Below, in pieces: positions 53,247 through 63,163 of a DNA stretch of 64,000 nt (within the stretch, counting starts at the first letter, position 1; every line of letters begins with the position of its first letter). The position numbers and the translations under genes are program-made. The notes below the pieces were generated by a model, which saw nothing but the letters and a program-made list of their open reading frames with translations, did not search any database and had not been told where the DNA came from. The stretch is from a virus (taxonomy: Duplodnaviria; Caudoviricetes), in the IMG/VR virus record IMGVR_UViG_3300049988_000286, positions 435,573-499,572 of that record, one strand, 5' to 3'.

Positions 53247-54655
53247 TGGTAGCCCACATTCCGCCTGACATCTCCTACGGTTTGGAGTGCTCCGTAGAGT
53301 GCTTCGACACCACGTCGGATGTCTCGACCTATTACTACCGCTTCAACGAAGTCAATCTCGCGGCCCTCGTCGATGAGCGAGAGACTTTCGACCGCGATGA
53401 TGTCAATGAGAGCTTGCGATCGTTGTCGCGCCTCTACATGCGACCGTACGATGACTGGTTCTACACCCAAGCCTCGTTGGAGGAGCGCACATGGTGCGTA
53501 GCATCGGCGTCCCGGAGTTTCGGCCGCAAGTCAGCCGAGATCATCGACTCGATGGTGACCCGCTATGTCTCCGACATGCTGTCGAGCGGCCTCGATCCTC
53601 TCACGAGACGCTCACAGGAAGAGTGGCTCGATCGGTCGCGCATGATGACCCACGCGGGCAAACTCGCCGCCAAAGTCGCGCATAAGATCGCCGTCGTGGG
53701 TGAGGAAGAAGTCCTCTCCGCGATCCGCCGCCCTGCTGCCTACTTCGAGCGTCTGCCGGTCCTTCCACAGCCGCCCCGCCCAACCGTGCTTCGAGGACCG
53801 GACGGCGAGCCGATCTGGACCGATCTGGAACCTGTGGATCAAGTCCTCGGTGGCTTTGAGACGCACGGGCATCCTCTGCTGGGCCGTTCCTACACGGCGG
53901 GCCAAAGAGCCAAGCTGGTGGCCAAGGCTCGCCGCAAGCATCAGTCGGTGCTCAAGAAGTCATCAGCCTTCTTGTCGCGCCTGATTGGCACGAACAATGT
54001 CACGATGTTCGTCGGCGGCAAGTCGATCCGCGTCGAAGGTCAGCGCTTCGTCTTTGAGTTGAAGAAGGCCAACATTCTCGCAGAGAACCACGGCGCGCTG
54101 TCGATCTCCGTCTTGGACAAAGAAAGCGATCGTCGCCTTTTCGATCTTTGCTGGTACGTCGAGCGCACTCCGGCCTTGGATCAAATCTCCGCGCTCGTCA
54201 TGGCTGTCCGCGCCGGGGAGGAAGATGAGATCATCCGCGTCGGTAACATGTTCTCGATCGATCACGTGGTCTGTGACAGCGTGCCGCATCTCAACCTCGC
54301 GATCCCGGAACGTTCATTCGGTGGTGGCATCCTTGGTGCGGCGGGTGGCGAAGACGGGATGATGCACGTCTTCCCCGGCACCACCGAATATCATCGCAGC
54401 CATCCCGACCTCTACCAATCATTCGCACGACGCTGCGCCGCTAGGATGCATCCCCGGCGATTCCCCGTCTCGCTCCGGGAATACTTCCGCCCCCATGCAC
54501 CAGAGACGATCCGGCCGTTCGGCGATCGGGTAGGAAGGGAACTTCTACCAGATCGCTACGAGCCGGTGCTACCCGCGATCGAGGAGGAGCCGATGCGCGT
54601 CCGTCTTGATATCGTGGACCGGGTTATCCAACAGCAGGGTGTCGAGATGGCCTAA
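53246..54655 (+). CDS. Hypothetical protein with LCW...P.LDQ...GEE...GN block
   Basis: 469 aa, TGATG-coupled; TAA stop overlaps the next TAAATA box. Confidence 0.6.
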   Translation: MVAHIPPDISYGLECSVECFDTTSDVSTYYYRFNEVNLAALVDERETFDRDDVNESLRSLSRLYMRPYDDWFYTQASLEERTWCVASASRSFGRKSAEIIDSMVTRYVSDMLSSGLDPLTRRSQEEWLDRSRMMTHAGKLAAKVAHKIAVVGEEEVLSAIRRPAAYFERLPVLPQPPRPTVLRGPDGEPIWTDLEPVDQVLGGFETHGHPLLGRSYTAGQRAKLVAKARRKHQSVLKKSSAFLSRLIGTNNVTMFVGGKSIRVEGQRFVFELKKANILAENHGALSISVLDKESDRRLFDLCWYVERTPALDQISALVMAVRAGEEDEIIRVGNMFSIDHVVCDSVPHLNLAIPERSFGGGILGAAGGEDGMMHVFPGTTEYHRSHPDLYQSFARRCAARMHPRRFPVSLREYFRPHAPETIRPFGDRVGRELLPDRYEPVLPAIEEEPMRVRLDIVDRVIQQQGVEMA

Positions 54656-54662
54656 ATAGGCC

Positions 54663-55406
54663 ATGCTGTTGAGAGATTTGTTCGAGGCCGAGGCCGATGA
54701 TCGCGAGGCCCGCGACGAGGCCAACGAGGCGTTCGACCGGATATACGATTACGTGAGCGCGCGCGCGGACTATCTCCCGGATGTCTTGCAAACCAGCACG
54801 GCGCTCGGAGGATCGTTCGTCATGAAGGCGGAGCGTGCCGGGGTGTCGAACAACCACGATCTCCTGATCGTCTTTTCGCCGCGACAAGCCGGTGGGGTTA
54901 AGGGTGCCTTCGGGCACGCTGGTATCCGTCCCCTGATCATGCTCGTGGCACTGAAAGGCCCGAATGATCTTCAATACCTCGACACCCGCCTAGCAGGAAG
55001 GAGGGGCACCTTCGTCCATGAATGGATGCACTACCGCGCTTGGGCTCGTAATCAAACCCCGAGCCAATCGTCCAGTGATGTCGGACCGGGCTCTCCCCAA
55101 TACTACAACCACACCGAAGAGTTGAACGCCTACTATCAGGAAGCCGTGCAGGGATTTGAGCGATTGGTGCGGAACGTCATCGACCTTGGCCACCGCGATA
55201 CCGCAATTGAGATGTGGGGGAGCAAATCAACGCAGGAACTCGTCCACTACGTTGTCACGAGAGAACTCGGTGAGGACTTTCGCCTCGCCCTCACACCCGC
55301 CAACCTTCAACGCATTAAGAAGCGGATCAGCCGGTTCATCGACCAGACGATCCGCCCCCTGTTCGTGTCAGCGCCAGAGCAGCATCAGGCCGATGCGCTG
55401 GCCTAG
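54663..55406 (+). CDS. Zincin-like (HExxH) protein with capsid-targeting-like N-terminus
   Basis: MLLRDLFEA 4 nt after TAAATA; FVHEWMHY and YYNHTEELNAY. Confidence 0.65.
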   Translation: MLLRDLFEAEADDREARDEANEAFDRIYDYVSARADYLPDVLQTSTALGGSFVMKAERAGVSNNHDLLIVFSPRQAGGVKGAFGHAGIRPLIMLVALKGPNDLQYLDTRLAGRRGTFVHEWMHYRAWARNQTPSQSSSDVGPGSPQYYNHTEELNAYYQEAVQGFERLVRNVIDLGHRDTAIEMWGSKSTQELVHYVVTRELGEDFRLALTPANLQRIKKRISRFIDQTIRPLFVSAPEQHQADALA

Positions 55407-55957
55407 ATCGCCCGCAGTGATGATCGCGCCGCGCATCGTCTCTGCCTCGATCACCACGTAGCTGCCATCGCGCTCATCCAAGATCGCATAGCCCTCCTCG
55501 GAGAGACGCTGACGCTTCTCCATCGTTAGCGGCGAATAACCACGCCCCACCGCTACTTTGAAAGGAAAGCCGACGAGCCCACTTCCGGTGTGGCTTCCGA
55601 TTAGATAGATAACCCCGCCGATTGCAGGAATGACGAACAAAAGTCCCAGCGTAAAATCGAGGATGATGGAGATCAAACCGGCGATGATGCAGACGAGCGT
55701 TACGCTCTCGGCAATTCTATCACGCATATATCGTCCTTTCAGAAGCTGTCGAGCAGATGGCGCGGCGCGGGGCCGAAGCCGCTGGTGACTTGGACGTAGA
55801 AGAAGCCGTGGAGGTAGCTCACGTCCTTCAGCGCCTTGTCCTCCTGCCACGACTCCATGGCTTCTTTGCTGCTCGACATCTCGAATTCATGCGACCAGCC
55901 TTCGAGGTCGATGAGGCAGATGATGTAGCGGGGCGGGAAGGCGGGCTGTTTCTTCAT
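55368..55957 (-). other. Two hypothetical genes (55368-55727 membrane, 55739-55957)
   Basis: Downstream of minus-strand TTGACA-17-TACAGA at 55992. Confidence 0.5.
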
Positions 55958-56052
55958 AGCGCCTCTGTAAAGCGAACTACGCAGCGTGTCAAACCAATTA
56001 TCGCGGGGACGATCAGCGGCGTGGTAAAACCGATCATTAACGGAGAACCACA

Positions 56053-56388
56053 TTGGCACTGACTATCTTCCTCGCACTGATGTTCGGACACTTCCTCGCC
56101 GACTACCCTCTACAGGGTGAGTTTCTCGCCAAGGCGAAGAACCATCAGAACCCCCTGCCCGGCGCACCGTGGTATCAAGCCCTCGCCGCCCATTCTTTCA
56201 TCCACGCCGGTGTGGTCTTCATCATCACCGGCCTCCCCCTCCTTTTCTTTGCGGAACTCGTCGCCCACGCGGTGATCGACTATCGTAAGTGCGCGGGCGA
56301 GTTGACCTTCAACGAGGATCAGGCCCTCCACGCAGCGTGCAAGGTGGTCTGGACCATCGTCGCGGTTGCGTGCGGGGTGGTGCTGTGA
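56053..56388 (+). CDS. DUF3307-like membrane protein
   Basis: GHFLADYPLQ, LAAHSFIH, HAVIDY.K, EDQALH motifs. Confidence 0.75.
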   Translation: MALTIFLALMFGHFLADYPLQGEFLAKAKNHQNPLPGAPWYQALAAHSFIHAGVVFIITGLPLLFFAELVAHAVIDYRKCAGELTFNEDQALHAACKVVWTIVAVACGVVL

Positions 56389-56586
56389 AGACGATCTTCC
56401 GCCTTTGGCTAAAAGGTCTCGCGGTGGTGGTTTGTCTCGTTCTATTAATCACCGGCATCTTGCTCGGCCTTGAACTCCTTAAATCGTTCATGATTGGACG
56501 AGTCATCATCTTGTTCGTGCTCGCCTCCTTCGCCTTTATCGTTATAGGTCTAGTCTTCCAATCAAGCGGACCGTATCGGATCATCG

Positions 56587-57090
56587 ATGATCACCTATAA
56601 GATCGACGAGTGCGCGGTCTTCTACAAGACTCGCGAGCATCTTGGAGAACTCTCCAACATGCACAACGACTTCCCCCTTGAGTGGGGAGGTCGCACGGTT
56701 GGGTCATCGGAAGCCTTGTATCAGGCGATGAAATTCGATCCCGCCGTGGTCGCCGAAGACGGTCTCCGCCCCTTCGAGGTAGTGATCCAACAGCGCAACT
56801 CGATGGTCTCGAAGATGAAGGCGAAGAAGTATCGCGCCTTCATGCTACCAGAGTGGCACGACATCAAGCTAGACGTGATGGAGATGTGCCTACGGCTCAA
56901 GTATGATCAGCACCGCGCTACCATGGATGCAGTGCTCGATGAAACGGGTAATCTCCCCATCGTGGAACGATCACGCAAGGATCGTCTCTGGGGCGCGGTG
57001 AACGACTATCACGGCAACCTTATTGGAGAGAATCTTCTTGGTCAATTATGGATGATACTCCGGAGTAGTCGATCGTCGTCGTCATTATAA
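56587..57090 (+). CDS. NADAR (YbiA-like) family protein
   Basis: LSNMH, SSEALYQAMKF, LRLKYDQH, DRLWG, GENLLGQLWM motifs. Confidence 0.88.
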   Translation: MITYKIDECAVFYKTREHLGELSNMHNDFPLEWGGRTVGSSEALYQAMKFDPAVVAEDGLRPFEVVIQQRNSMVSKMKAKKYRAFMLPEWHDIKLDVMEMCLRLKYDQHRATMDAVLDETGNLPIVERSRKDRLWGAVNDYHGNLIGENLLGQLWMILRSSRSSSSL

Positions 57091-57313
57091 TCCAGAGCGA
57101 ACCGTCCGAGGCACCCGCGAACGATAGCCAGAACATGTTGGCATCTTCCTCATTCGTGAAGATGAAGTTGCTCTGGCCATCGGAGATCGTCCCCTCGACG
57201 CCGCACCGCTCCGCCCACTCGACGTATTCCTCCACCTCTTCGGGTAGATGGTTGGCGTGGTTGGTCATGACCTTGCAGCCATTGATCTCTAGCGCGATTA
57301 GCGCCATCGCCAA
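57020..57313 (-). CDS. Hypothetical protein (F-x-N-E-E-D-A motif family)
   Basis: FIFTNEEDANMFWLSF; start and end uncertain. Confidence 0.45.
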   Translation of the reverse strand: MAMALIALEINGCKVMTNHANHLPEEVEEYVEWAERCGVEGTISDGQSNFIFTNEEDANMFWLSFAGASDGSLWIIMTTTIDYSGVSSIIDQEDSLQ

Positions 57314-58557
57314 CTCGTCCCCAGCGCGTTATCCTCAACCACGACTCCCATAGAGCCGAGTTCATCACGCAGTTGATCCGAGAGCGCGAAGTCACGATCG
57401 CGCCGCGCTTCCGCACGACGATCAAGCAATTCCTGCACCTCTGCCGGGGCACGCTCTCGCTCGGGTTTGAAGCCCATGACGGCCAGACTTGCGAGCAGAG
57501 CGCTGTCGGGCATAGCGTGCAGCCTCGCCATCGCCTCCGGGGTGTTGAGATCATCGTTGAGCGCCGCAAGAAACGCTTCATCGACCGGATCACGCCGTCT
57601 TGCCTGTTCGCCCCGAAGGGTAAGGCGGCGCAGCGCCGCGCTGGCTTGTTGAATGCGATCCCAGCGGAAGTCGAAGGGGTGCCGGTAATGGGTTTGCAGC
57701 ATCGCGAACCGTAGCACATCGCCACGATATGCGTCGGTGACCTGATCCACCGTGACGAAGTTGCCCGACGACTTGGCCATCTTGGTGCCGTCGCTCAACA
57801 CCATGGCGTTGTGGACCCAGAAGCGAGCCAAGTCCCTGCCATGCGCGCATTCGCTTTGCGCACACTCGGCTTCATGGTGGGGGAAGATCAAGTCTTGTCC
57901 GCCGCCATGGATGTCGATTGTCTCACCGAGATGCTGGGCGATCATGGCGCTGCACTCGATGTGCCAGCCCGGTCGCCCGCGACCAATCACGCTGTCCCAG
58001 CCCACGCCGCCGTCAGCGGGCTTCCAGAGCACGAAATCGGCCTGATTGCGCTTGTAGTCGGCGGTATCGATCCGTGGACGATCACGCCCCCCTTGCTGCC
58101 CCGTGAGGACACCTTGTGGGTAGCGGGTGGTATCGAAGAGGACGTGGCCCTCCGCCTGATAGGCGTGACCACCGTCGAGCAGTCGCTCGATCATCGCCAC
58201 CATGGCGGGAATGTTCTCGGTGGCGCGCGGCTTGAGATCAGGTTCCTCGACGCCGATCCGCGACATCGCTGCCTCGTATTGCGCGATCGTGTTGTCGCAA
58301 AGATCGGTGATGGTGATCTCGCGTTCGCGCGCCCTCGCGATGATCTTGTCATCGACATCGGTGTAGTTGCGCGCATAGACGACACGATGATCCCGCCGCA
58401 GCAATCGCGCGAGAAGGTCGAAAACAATTACTGGACGGGCGTTACCGATGTGGGGAGTGTCGTAGACGGTCGGGCCACAAACATACATGGTGACCGGCTC
58501 GTTGGGCCGGGGCGTGAACTCACGACGCTCACCCGACTTCGTATCATGCAGTTTCAT
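57298..58557 (-). CDS. cysS: Cysteinyl-tRNA synthetase
   Basis: YVCGPTVYDTPHIGNAR, RNYTDVDDKII, GRPGWHIECSAM, DIHGGGQDLIFPHHE, KMAKS; start MKLHDT at 58557. Confidence 0.95.
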   Translation of the reverse strand: MKLHDTKSGERREFTPRPNEPVTMYVCGPTVYDTPHIGNARPVIVFDLLARLLRRDHRVVYARNYTDVDDKIIARAREREITITDLCDNTIAQYEAAMSRIGVEEPDLKPRATENIPAMVAMIERLLDGGHAYQAEGHVLFDTTRYPQGVLTGQQGGRDRPRIDTADYKRNQADFVLWKPADGGVGWDSVIGRGRPGWHIECSAMIAQHLGETIDIHGGGQDLIFPHHEAECAQSECAHGRDLARFWVHNAMVLSDGTKMAKSSGNFVTVDQVTDAYRGDVLRFAMLQTHYRHPFDFRWDRIQQASAALRRLTLRGEQARRRDPVDEAFLAALNDDLNTPEAMARLHAMPDSALLASLAVMGFKPERERAPAEVQELLDRRAEARRDRDFALSDQLRDELGSMGVVVEDNALGTSWRWR

Positions 58558-59239
58558 CGATGGGTGTCCGTGCAAGCGTGAGGGCGAGTTCGAGCGTGAT
58601 CCGGGCATCGTTACCCGCGACGTGTGTGCCACGGCAATCGATTCCATACCGAGCCGCGAACCGACCAAGATTGACCGAATTACCGTCGTGGCTCAACACT
58701 CGCGACCACGATGCGGTATCCACTGTTGGCATCTCGTGCGGGCGCGGCAAATCAAACTTCCACTTCTTCGACAACATGTCACGATCGTTCTGCAAGGCAT
58801 GTCCGACGATGACAGCGCTCTGTGCGATCAAACCTCGTAGCCAATACTGTGCCTTCGAGGGTGTCATATAAACGGTGGTACCACCGAGGAACTTCCTGCC
58901 ACCGGGGACGACACGCACATTATGGACTGTCATCTCTCCGTGGTGGTAGAGGGCGACGCCGATCTCGGTGATGTTGTTCGGAAACTGAAACTGCCATTCC
59001 GCGTCGAAGCACAAGATGGGCAGGTTCTCCGCCAAGGCTTGCTGCATGATTCGATACTGCGCTGTCGCATGGAGGGACATCGCAATCCGAGGCTTCTTGC
59101 GGCGACTGGCGAGCAGTTTCTGGTGGCGGCGAATGGCTTTGATGAGGAGGCGGCGGCGCGCGTCTCGCGCTGCGCCGATCCTCTGCGCTTCGCTGATATC
59201 TGTGTCGATCAACGACCGGAGGATGGCGTGCCACTGCAT
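58544..59239 (-). CDS. DEDDh-type 3'-5' exonuclease
   Basis: CFDAEW (Exo I), VGHALQND (Exo II), HVAGNDA (Exo III). Confidence 0.75.
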   Translation of the reverse strand: MQWHAILRSLIDTDISEAQRIGAARDARRRLLIKAIRRHQKLLASRRKKPRIAMSLHATAQYRIMQQALAENLPILCFDAEWQFQFPNNITEIGVALYHHGEMTVHNVRVVPGGRKFLGGTTVYMTPSKAQYWLRGLIAQSAVIVGHALQNDRDMLSKKWKFDLPRPHEMPTVDTASWSRVLSHDGNSVNLGRFAARYGIDCRGTHVAGNDARITLELALTLARTPIDETA

Positions 59240-59270
59240 CCCCGATCACTAATTCAGGTGAGCGAACTTG

Positions 59271-59640
59271 TCAACGGCGACATTGGTGTTTGATGCCGTC
59301 GATGCTTCGTAACTCCCACGCACCTCCTGCTTTGTTACCCCAGCGCAGGTTACGCTCGCCGCACATCCGGCACACAACGATTGTCGGTACGCGCTTGGTC
59401 TTCGGCTGGCGTTGCAGACCTTGGATGAAATAGCGGAGTGCTGAATCAGAAGCGTCACCCATCGATGATCTCCAAGAAGAATTGATAAACGATCGTCACT
59501 TCTTCGGTGACGATCTTGTCTCTCGTCACCGACACGAGGCGATAATCCTCGGGGAGGTTCTCGTTCATCCACAAATCGATCGGTGTTTCGTCGCCGACTT
59601 GGTTGATGACGAGATATCGGGGTTGGTCTCGATCACACAT
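59271..59640 (-). other. Two small hypothetical genes (59271-59462 Zn-ribbon, 59455-59640)
   Basis: CRMC...HQC in the first; overlapping ORFs. Confidence 0.45.
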
Positions 59641-59676
59641 GAGGTATATGACCTCATCCCGCCCCGGTGTGCAATA

Positions 59677-61212
59677 TTACTCTCCGGTGCCGAGTCCGAG
59701 GCGAACGTCGTCCATGAAATCTACATATTCATCGACGTAGTTGCTGTTCTGATAGTCGGGGTTGAAGATAGCGAACGGCGTCAATCGGCCGACAAAGTTT
59801 GAATAGGATTCATTACCGTTGGGAGAACGAGGGTCGAGATTGGTCACGCCGTTGACGAGCATTACATTGTCGGTGATGTTCTTCACATACAAGGCATTGC
59901 CCGCTATCCAAGCGCGGATTAACTTGCCCATGATCGGGATTGCGGGGGTGAAACTATCTACCAGCGTAGTGTTACCACGATAGTCGCCAGCTACGACGGA
60001 CACCTGTCCGTTGTAGAAACCGACATCGAGACCGTATGATTCGGGGCTATTGATTTGGGGAGCCATTCGTATCGCACATGCGCGCCACAGGAATCGCGCT
60101 TCGAAGAAATAGTTTCGCGGGATACGGGTGTTCCAGAAACCATAGTTCAAGCCCGCTTTGAACGGACCTTGTTGATCGGTATAGCCACCTCCAACGTAAT
60201 TACCCTCGTTGTCGTACTCGGGTTCAACATATTGATACTTTCGGCGACCACGGAGCACGTTATTGATTCTGGTGGATGAACCATCGGTCCAAAGAAAGCC
60301 ATCGTTCACAACACGGTTGAAGTTGTCGGCGAATTGAAACGCGGCATTACCGGCGAAAGTTAACCAACCCGGTCGCGTTGCAAGCAGGTAGGCATCGATC
60401 GCTGCGTGCCAGATAGCAATCTCGGCCTCCGTCATGTTCTCCGCGATGTAGAAGAAGGAAAAGCGGCTCTGCGGCTGGGCGGCGGTGTTCCCCGACTTCG
60501 AACCTAGAGCGAGGCGCGACGATGCCTGACGATTATAAGTCGTCGTATCTGCCAGAATGCCGTTGTAATAGCGCGCAGCGTAGTTGTTTCCAAGCTGGAA
60601 GGTGTAATGCCGTGGTTTGTCATAGTAGGGCATCCGACCGAAGATGTAGTTTTCGTCCATGTAAACGCCATCGGAGTAGTAGCTCGATTCGCGTGTCTGA
60701 ACACCAATGTACCAGTTGCGACCGGCCAATGAGCAGATGAGTGGTTTATACGACCCTATGGTGCTAGTCGATGATGCATCCTCGACCATACCGACCGTGA
60801 TACGAGTAAAGTCATACGCGGCGGTGTTCGTGGTAGTTTGACTGATCTTCGAGAAGAGATCGGGAAGGGAGACATTGGCCTCGCTGGTGTTAAGCCGCCA
60901 GCCCAGACCCGGTTGATGGGTGGCGTTGCTGGGAACGAGGGTGCTGAACGTCCCCAAGGGATTCACGCTGTTCTTCAATGACGATTCTTCAGTCGGGCCA
61001 TTAAGGAACCACACGCCTTTCAGCTTATCGACAAAACCGGCCGTGCGCGCAGTCTTGAGCAAGTTCAACACCGGGGCGAACTGCGCATCTGTCAGTTTCG
61101 AGGTGAGGCTGTCCTGAAATGCGGTGGCGAGTGGTTCAAAGACGCGACGAAGGTTGAGCCCGGTCAGGGGACGGTCATGCACGCGCGCAGGACCGATGAT
61201 CGAGCGAGCCAT
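59677..61212 (-). CDS. Tail fibre / receptor-binding-like protein
   Basis: 511 aa; last gene of the late tail module; paralog of 22738-24237. Confidence 0.6.
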   Translation of the reverse strand: MARSIIGPARVHDRPLTGLNLRRVFEPLATAFQDSLTSKLTDAQFAPVLNLLKTARTAGFVDKLKGVWFLNGPTEESSLKNSVNPLGTFSTLVPSNATHQPGLGWRLNTSEANVSLPDLFSKISQTTTNTAAYDFTRITVGMVEDASSTSTIGSYKPLICSLAGRNWYIGVQTRESSYYSDGVYMDENYIFGRMPYYDKPRHYTFQLGNNYAARYYNGILADTTTYNRQASSRLALGSKSGNTAAQPQSRFSFFYIAENMTEAEIAIWHAAIDAYLLATRPGWLTFAGNAAFQFADNFNRVVNDGFLWTDGSSTRINNVLRGRRKYQYVEPEYDNEGNYVGGGYTDQQGPFKAGLNYGFWNTRIPRNYFFEARFLWRACAIRMAPQINSPESYGLDVGFYNGQVSVVAGDYRGNTTLVDSFTPAIPIMGKLIRAWIAGNALYVKNITDNVMLVNGVTNLDPRSPNGNESYSNFVGRLTPFAIFNPDYQNSNYVDEYVDFMDDVRLGLGTGE

Positions 61213-61541
61213 TAGACCGTCTTACGCGTTCCCAAGATATGCACCACCGCCACATTGGCGCTACCGGCACCCGCGTAGAGGATAGTGCCGGGTGGGAAGG
61301 AGATGCGATCGATGATGATGCGGGTCTCTGCCGCGTAGAGGGGATAGGACTTGACCCACAGATGTTTGTCGGAACGCGTGTCACCGGCTTTGACCACCCA
61401 GAGGCTTACCGTAGTATCCACGGCGGTGATGTTGTTCATCACCAGTGTGAGGGTGTGCTCCTCGCCAGTCGTCACCGTGTAGATCGTTGCCGCCGAAGTA
61501 TCGAGGATGATATCCACCGGGGTTGCAGAAAGCTGTGCCAC
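61212..61541 (-). CDS. Small tail-associated protein (paralog of 62834-63163)
   Basis: MAQLSATPVDIILDTSAATIYTV; TAAATA at 61569-61564 and SD AAGGAG. Confidence 0.6.
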   Translation of the reverse strand: MAQLSATPVDIILDTSAATIYTVTTGEEHTLTLVMNNITAVDTTVSLWVVKAGDTRSDKHLWVKSYPLYAAETRIIIDRISFPPGTILYAGAGSANVAVVHILGTRKTV

Positions 61542-61566
61542 TCTTGTCTCCTTGAAATCCTTCTAT

Positions 61567-62169
61567 TTACTCGGGCCAGCCGGTAGTGAAATCCAGAGCG
61601 AGCAACACCAAGATGTCCTCACAGGCGTTGATTTCTTCGATCAAGGCGGCTTCACGATCGAAGCAAGATTGAACGTGCGTGTTGATAGCCGCACCGTAGA
61701 GGGCGAGATCACCGACCGTGACTTCTTTGAAGTTGTCAGGACCAAACTTCCACAATGAAGTTGTCTCGGGTGGCGTGAAGGCGAGTTGTGCGGCAAAAAT
61801 CTTCGCTACGACACGACCAATCGTCACATCATCGGAGAGCGCCTCGCCCCCGTTATAGATGAAACTCTGCTGCTTCTGCCAGCGAAGGTCGGCGAGTTCC
61901 AGCGAACGCTTCGCCTTGGTGGTGGACAGGTTGCGCACTCTCGTCTCATCATCGACACCGGTGATGATCCACTCCACCCCTGACCAATCGAGTTTGTGGG
62001 TGAGGTCGTTGAAGATCGGTGTATCGGGGGCTGGGACGAAACCCAGTGTCAGGAGGAACTGGGGATCGTGAGGCAGCGGACGGAACAGCCACGGTTCGCC
62101 ATCTGCGTTGAGGGTGATAATCTCCGGGGGGAGCGGCGCTGGGAAGGCTTTGTTGTGCGAGTAGAGCAT
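61567..62169 (-). CDS. Tail fibre assembly chaperone-like (DUF4376-like) protein
   Basis: LGFVPAPDTP...W, WKFGPDNF...VQSCFDRE and GWP C-terminus typical of such chaperones. Confidence 0.7.
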   Translation of the reverse strand: MLYSHNKAFPAPLPPEIITLNADGEPWLFRPLPHDPQFLLTLGFVPAPDTPIFNDLTHKLDWSGVEWIITGVDDETRVRNLSTTKAKRSLELADLRWQKQQSFIYNGGEALSDDVTIGRVVAKIFAAQLAFTPPETTSLWKFGPDNFKEVTVGDLALYGAAINTHVQSCFDREAALIEEINACEDILVLLALDFTTGWPE

Positions 62170-62180
62170 GAGACCTTTCG

Positions 62181-62834
62181 TTACTTCGTCAACTCATAGA
62201 CGACGACGCTGACAGTCATGTTCGTCGTGATGGGGAAGTTAGCAGTTGGGAAACCGTATTTATTGCGATCAAGCGCGACGTAGGTGAGTAATCGCCCCGG
62301 AAACGATCCATCGTTACTATTTTGGGTACCGACATTGTAACCATGGGTGCTCGTGAAATAGTTTGGGATCGATGCACTGAAGTTGCTTGATCCCCCGATA
62401 GTGAGAACCATCGCCATCGACGCCGGTGAGCGCGCAACACTAATGTTTGCGGTTCCATTCACGTTGAGGTCCGTAAGCCGTGTCATCGTCTTCGGTCCGC
62501 GATAGGTGGTCGCCGTGCCGGAAACATTTGTACCACCGCTGATACTTCCATTCGTGATGTCGGTTGCGGTGAGCACACGGTAGTAATCATTACCGCCGTA
62601 TTGATTGCCCAAGGAGATGAACGCGCTACTGACCCCGTAACTGTTCGAATGAGCGTACATGTATAGGAGGTCGCCCGCCCTTGCCCCGGCAGGTAGATAC
62701 ACGACGTTATCGCCGTTCGAGATGAAGGAACCACCAACGACGGTGGACACCATCGAAGTGTTGAAGCGTGCGTAATCGAAGCCTGTGCGACGCGATGATC
62801 CGATGCGGTAAACGCCCTCGATATCGCTCGCCAT
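62181..62834 (-). CDS. Tail-associated protein
   Basis: S/T/G/N-rich beta protein within the tail module. Confidence 0.5.
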   Translation of the reverse strand: MASDIEGVYRIGSSRRTGFDYARFNTSMVSTVVGGSFISNGDNVVYLPAGARAGDLLYMYAHSNSYGVSSAFISLGNQYGGNDYYRVLTATDITNGSISGGTNVSGTATTYRGPKTMTRLTDLNVNGTANISVARSPASMAMVLTIGGSSNFSASIPNYFTSTHGYNVGTQNSNDGSFPGRLLTYVALDRNKYGFPTANFPITTNMTVSVVVYELTK

Positions 62835-63163
62835 CAGGTTGGCTTCACCGTGCCGGTGAGTTGAATCGCGATGGCGCTCGCCGCCGATGCACCAGCGACA
62901 ATCACCGTGCCGGGCGGGAAGGACTCGCGCTCAACAATGCGACGCGGCTCCTTCGAGGGGATGATGTATTCGAACAAACGAAGGTGTTGGTTGCCCCGCG
63001 TGGCTCCACCCTCAACAATCCACAAAGTGACCGAGACATCAACGACCGAGAAACTCGTCAGCGCGATGGAGAGCGTTTGCTCCGATCCACCGGGGACGGT
63101 GTAGATCGTGGCAGCGGTCGTTCCCAAGACGGCGCTGATCGGCGCAAGGGAAAGCTGTGCCAT
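62834..63163 (-). CDS. Small tail-associated protein (paralog of 61212-61541)
   Basis: MAQLSLAPISAVLGTTAATIYTV. Confidence 0.6.
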   Translation of the reverse strand: MAQLSLAPISAVLGTTAATIYTVPGGSEQTLSIALTSFSVVDVSVTLWIVEGGATRGNQHLRLFEYIIPSKEPRRIVERESFPPGTVIVAGASAASAIAIQLTGTVKPT

